The position numbers and the translations under genes are program-made. Source: Anaerolineae bacterium (GTDB lineage Bacteria; Chloroflexota; Anaerolineae; Anaerolineales; UBA4823). From it: a stretch of 64,000 nucleotides of DNA. Positions 61,085-64,000 of the stretch are shown piece by piece. Below the pieces are notes generated by a model. The model worked only from the letters and a program-made list of their open reading frames with translations. It did not search any database and was not told the origin of the DNA. Every line of letters begins with the position of its first letter. Position 1 is the stretch's first letter. The stretch spans positions 13,302-77,301 of the forward strand of contig JBBIVW010000007.1 in NCBI GenBank assembly GCA_037439525.1. The letters run 5' to 3'.

Positions 61085-62020
61085 CTAGAAATCGATCTCG
61101 CGGCGCGCTTTGCGTTCCTGAGGCAATAGGCTGGCATAGATGAACGCGTGTGTGGGAGTGGGTACTCCGCATTCTATACCCATGCGTACTACAGCGCCAT
61201 TTTGCGCTTCGAGCTCAGAGGGCTTACCTTCCATGATATCGCGTTGCATAGATGCAAGCACACCCGGCGCCAGTTGGTCGATGAAGGCTAAGGTTTTTTC
61301 GGCTATGTCCTGTTGCAGGTTTACCTGACGGGCACGCGCCACAGCAACCACCTCCTCGATTGCCCGGATGAGCATCGCCCGCGTTTCGGGAACACTGCGT
61401 ACCACTCCAACCGGGGCGCGCGTCACTGCCCCTACTCCACTGATCGCAGCGATGAAAGTGAACTTGCGCCATATCGCGGCAACGATATCCTTTGGCACTT
61501 CAGCTTTCACCCCTGCCTTTTGAAATGCTTCCAGCAGGTGCATGGCACGCGGGCTGCGCTGCCCATCGAGCTCACCAAAAGCAATATATGGCTCTACACC
61601 TACATGGCGGATGTGCCCTGGCGCGTGGATATAGGCGGAAATCTGGCATAGTCCGCCCAATACGGGTCTATCTCCCAAGACTTGCCGCAATTGGTCTGGC
61701 GCTTCTACACCGTTTTCCAGAGGCACCACTGCCGTATCAGCGCCAACCATGGGACGCATTGCCAATGCCGCCTCAGGCACCTGCCATGCTTTCACTGCAA
61801 CCAGGATGACATCTACCACTCCCGCTTGCGCGGGATGCTCTGTTGCCTCCACTTTGGGAAGGTAAAAATCCCCGGCGATGGAATCCACTCGCAGCCCTTG
61901 GGTCTGCAAGGCGCGCAAATGATCGCCCCGCGCGATAAATACCACCTCTTGCCCAGACTGGGCAAGCCTGCCTCCGAAATAACCGCCTACTCCGCCAGCG
62001 CCAAAAACTGCAATACGCAT
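61085..62020 (-). CDS. panE: 2-dehydropantoate 2-reductase
   Basis: GAGGVGG, VKAW, LENG, WRKF, SMQRD, SELE; AAGGAGG RBS. Confidence 0.9.
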   Translation of the reverse strand: MRIAVFGAGGVGGYFGGRLAQSGQEVVFIARGDHLRALQTQGLRVDSIAGDFYLPKVEATEHPAQAGVVDVILVAVKAWQVPEAALAMRPMVGADTAVVPLENGVEAPDQLRQVLGDRPVLGGLCQISAYIHAPGHIRHVGVEPYIAFGELDGQRSPRAMHLLEAFQKAGVKAEVPKDIVAAIWRKFTFIAAISGVGAVTRAPVGVVRSVPETRAMLIRAIEEVVAVARARQVNLQQDIAEKTLAFIDQLAPGVLASMQRDIMEGKPSELEAQNGAVVRMGIECGVPTPTHAFIYASLLPQERKARREIDF

Positions 62021-62380
62021 GCGCACCTCCTTGGTCATTGAACACGCCGGATGCATGAAGGGTTGGAAGCATCCCGGCTTGCTCGAATATTTGCCATCCG
62101 ATCCTGACCTTGCCGCTTCCATGAGTGGATCAGGAAAGCCTGCGTCATTGGGATTATAACGTGCTCCTTTGCCACTGAAGCCTGAGAATCAACGAATTTG
62201 CGGGAGGTACTTCGATTCGCTTTGTACCCAAAAATGGGGTAAAATCACCACGCCTGACAACAGATTATGCAGCTTGATGTCGGCGCTTTTACCCCGCTGA
62301 AAGCAAACCGGTTTTCAAGCGGGAAGATACGCTTTATAGCGCTATGTAATTTGAAACTTCGTTTTCTAAATGAGCGAATT

Positions 62381-63133
62381 ATGAACGAAAAAGAAAGTCC
62401 TCAAAATGTGATTGAATCTTACCGCAAGCGCCAACAGGCAGCTCGGCGCGCTCCATTGGTTATCACCCTGGCTGCTGTGTTTCTTATCGCTGGCGCAGCG
62501 ATCATCATCTTCTGGTTGCTTGGGCCAAATAAGCCGATGATCAATCTCTCCCTGTTCGCTTCGGATACGCCCACGCCCACGGATACTGCCACTCCAACCT
62601 CCACTGCCACCATAACACTGACGCCAAGCGCCACCCCCACGGAGACCACCACACCAACCGAGACAGAGACCCCCACGCCTTCCGGTCCGTTTATCTATCA
62701 GGTAGAGGAGGGCGACAACCTGTGGTCCATTGCTGAAAAATTCAACGTTGACTTGCTGGTGCTGATTACGATCAACAACCTGGATGCAGCCACGGCTAAC
62801 AATATCCCCGTCGGTTACAAATTGATCATCCCTGGGCCGGATACCCAACTTCCAACTGAAACGCCGCTGCCTACCAACCTGCCGCGTGGTACGAAGATCG
62901 AATACCGCGTCAAGCTGGGCGATTCGCTTGGCACGATTGCTCTAAAGTTCAACAGCACCGTGGATGCCATTAAAAAAGAAAATGACATCGAGAACGAAAA
63001 CGAAATCTTCGTTGGGCAGGTTTTGATCATCCCGGTGAACCTGGTAACACCTGTGCCCACTTTTACGCCCACTCTCACTTTAGCTCTTCCCCTCGCGGGT
63101 TCACCCCAGGCGAGCGCCACGGCAACACCATAG
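62381..63133 (+). CDS. Membrane-anchored LysM x2 peptidoglycan-binding protein
   Basis: TM, PT-rich linker, YQVEEGDNLWSIA and YRVKLGDSLGTIA. Confidence 0.9.
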   Translation: MNEKESPQNVIESYRKRQQAARRAPLVITLAAVFLIAGAAIIIFWLLGPNKPMINLSLFASDTPTPTDTATPTSTATITLTPSATPTETTTPTETETPTPSGPFIYQVEEGDNLWSIAEKFNVDLLVLITINNLDAATANNIPVGYKLIIPGPDTQLPTETPLPTNLPRGTKIEYRVKLGDSLGTIALKFNSTVDAIKKENDIENENEIFVGQVLIIPVNLVTPVPTFTPTLTLALPLAGSPQASATATP

Positions 63134-63157
63134 GGTGAGCGAACGCCGGGAACCCTA

Positions 63158-63186
63158 TTGACACTGTCGTATTCGTGAGCTATAAT
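63158..63186 (+). promoter_or_regulatory. Consensus sigma70 promoter
   Basis: TTGACA-17 bp-TATAAT. Confidence 0.85.
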
Positions 63187-63191
63187 GAAAT

Positions 63192-63206
63192 TGAAAATCA
63201 TTTTCA
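63192..63206. promoter_or_regulatory. Zur/Fur-family operator
   Basis: Perfect 7-1-7 palindrome TGAAAAT-C-ATTTTCA over the predicted transcription start of a metal ABC binding protein gene. Confidence 0.75.
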
Positions 63207-63221
63207 TTATATAGAACGGAT

Positions 63222-64000
63222 ATGATGCAACGGTTTTTACCCTTTGGATTCCTGGTCTTCGCCCTGGTGTTACTTCCTCTGGGCTGCGCTATTCTGCCCT
63301 CTGCCTCACCAGTTACGCCTCCTGCGCACTCAGAGCTATATCTGTTGGCGACCACCAGCATCGTGGCTGATGTGGTACGCAATGTTGCCGGTGATCGGGC
63401 AACCATTGAGACGCTCCTGCCCTTGGGCAGTGACCCTCATGCCTTTGAGCTTTCTCCACGGGACTTGGTTAAACTGAATGAAGCGGACCTGATATTCCTC
63501 AATGGTGCCTCACTTGAGGCTTCTCTAGAGCCTTTCTTAGAGCAAGTTGACGATCCCCGAAAACAGATTTCCCTCTCAGAGGGGATTTCTTTGATCGGGG
63601 CTCAAGAGCAAGAAAGCGATCATGAGGACGAACATGTCGGGGATTTTGATCCCCATGTTTGGATGGATCCACGCAACGTGCTCGTTTGGGTGGAGAACAT
63701 CCTGTCCGCTTTGGTGGAGAGAGACCCTGCCAATGCAGTGATTTATCAGGCGAATGCCCAGACATACCGCCAACAGTTAATGGAGTTAGACGCCTGGATA
63801 CAGGATCAAGTTGCGCGTGTGCCACCCCAAAGTCGTCTCCTGGTGAGCGACCATATGGCCTTTGGTTATTTTGCGCGGCGCTATGGTTTTCAGCAGGTAG
63901 GCGCCATCATCCCGTCCGTCAGCTCACTGGCCGAGCCCTCAGCCCAGGAGTTAGCTGCTCTGGAGGATGCGATTTTGGCTCAAAAGGTCAAAGCCATCTT
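63222..64000 (+). CDS. Zn/Mn ABC transporter substrate-binding lipoprotein (ZnuA/TroA family), 3' truncated
   Basis: Translated by hand (absent from the ORF track): MMQRF...PLGC, ATTSIVADVVRNVAGD, DPHAFE, His/acid loop, DPHVWMDP. Confidence 0.9.
   Translation, partial: MMQRFLPFGFLVFALVLLPLGCAILPSASPVTPPAHSELYLLATTSIVADVVRNVAGDRATIETLLPLGSDPHAFELSPRDLVKLNEADLIFLNGASLEASLEPFLEQVDDPRKQISLSEGISLIGAQEQESDHEDEHVGDFDPHVWMDPRNVLVWVENILSALVERDPANAVIYQANAQTYRQQLMELDAWIQDQVARVPPQSRLLVSDHMAFGYFARRYGFQQVGAIIPSVSSLAEPSAQELAALEDAILAQKVKAI

Noticed and set aside
62560-62680. Low-complexity AC-rich repeats (also near 31580-31625 and 39800-39900)
   Set aside because: They encode Pro/Thr linkers of envelope proteins

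Overview
A roughly 55% GC, gene-dense stretch of core chromosome, most likely from a Chloroflexota (Anaerolineae-like) bacterium. The taxon is inferred from protein style, Pro/Thr-rich lipoproteins, a sortase, and dnaA unlinked from dnaN. About 60 CDSs are present, mostly housekeeping and envelope genes: pdxST, tmk, gmk, an OmpR-type two-component pair, comEC, mutY, an M16 peptidase pair, acpS, purA/purB, fabI, dnaK, dnaA, sortase, arsR-arsM, panE, a LysM protein and a truncated Zur-type metal-binding lipoprotein. I saw no rRNA, tRNA, CRISPR array, IS element or prophage. The points most worth following up are: (i) a PLD-family nuclease-like lipoprotein next to an uncharacterised HerA/FtsK-like ATPase, in a genome whose ComEC nuclease domain has lost its metal ligands; (ii) a MutY with an intact Nudix (MutT) box; (iii) a DsbA(SxxC)-cyclophilin fusion inside an envelope-protease cluster; (iv) many apparently leaderless genes; (v) structured leaders or operators upstream of pdxST and panE; (vi) a dnaK/dnaA divergon with no DnaA boxes or CIRCE. 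All functional calls come from motif recognition by eye and none were checked against a database.
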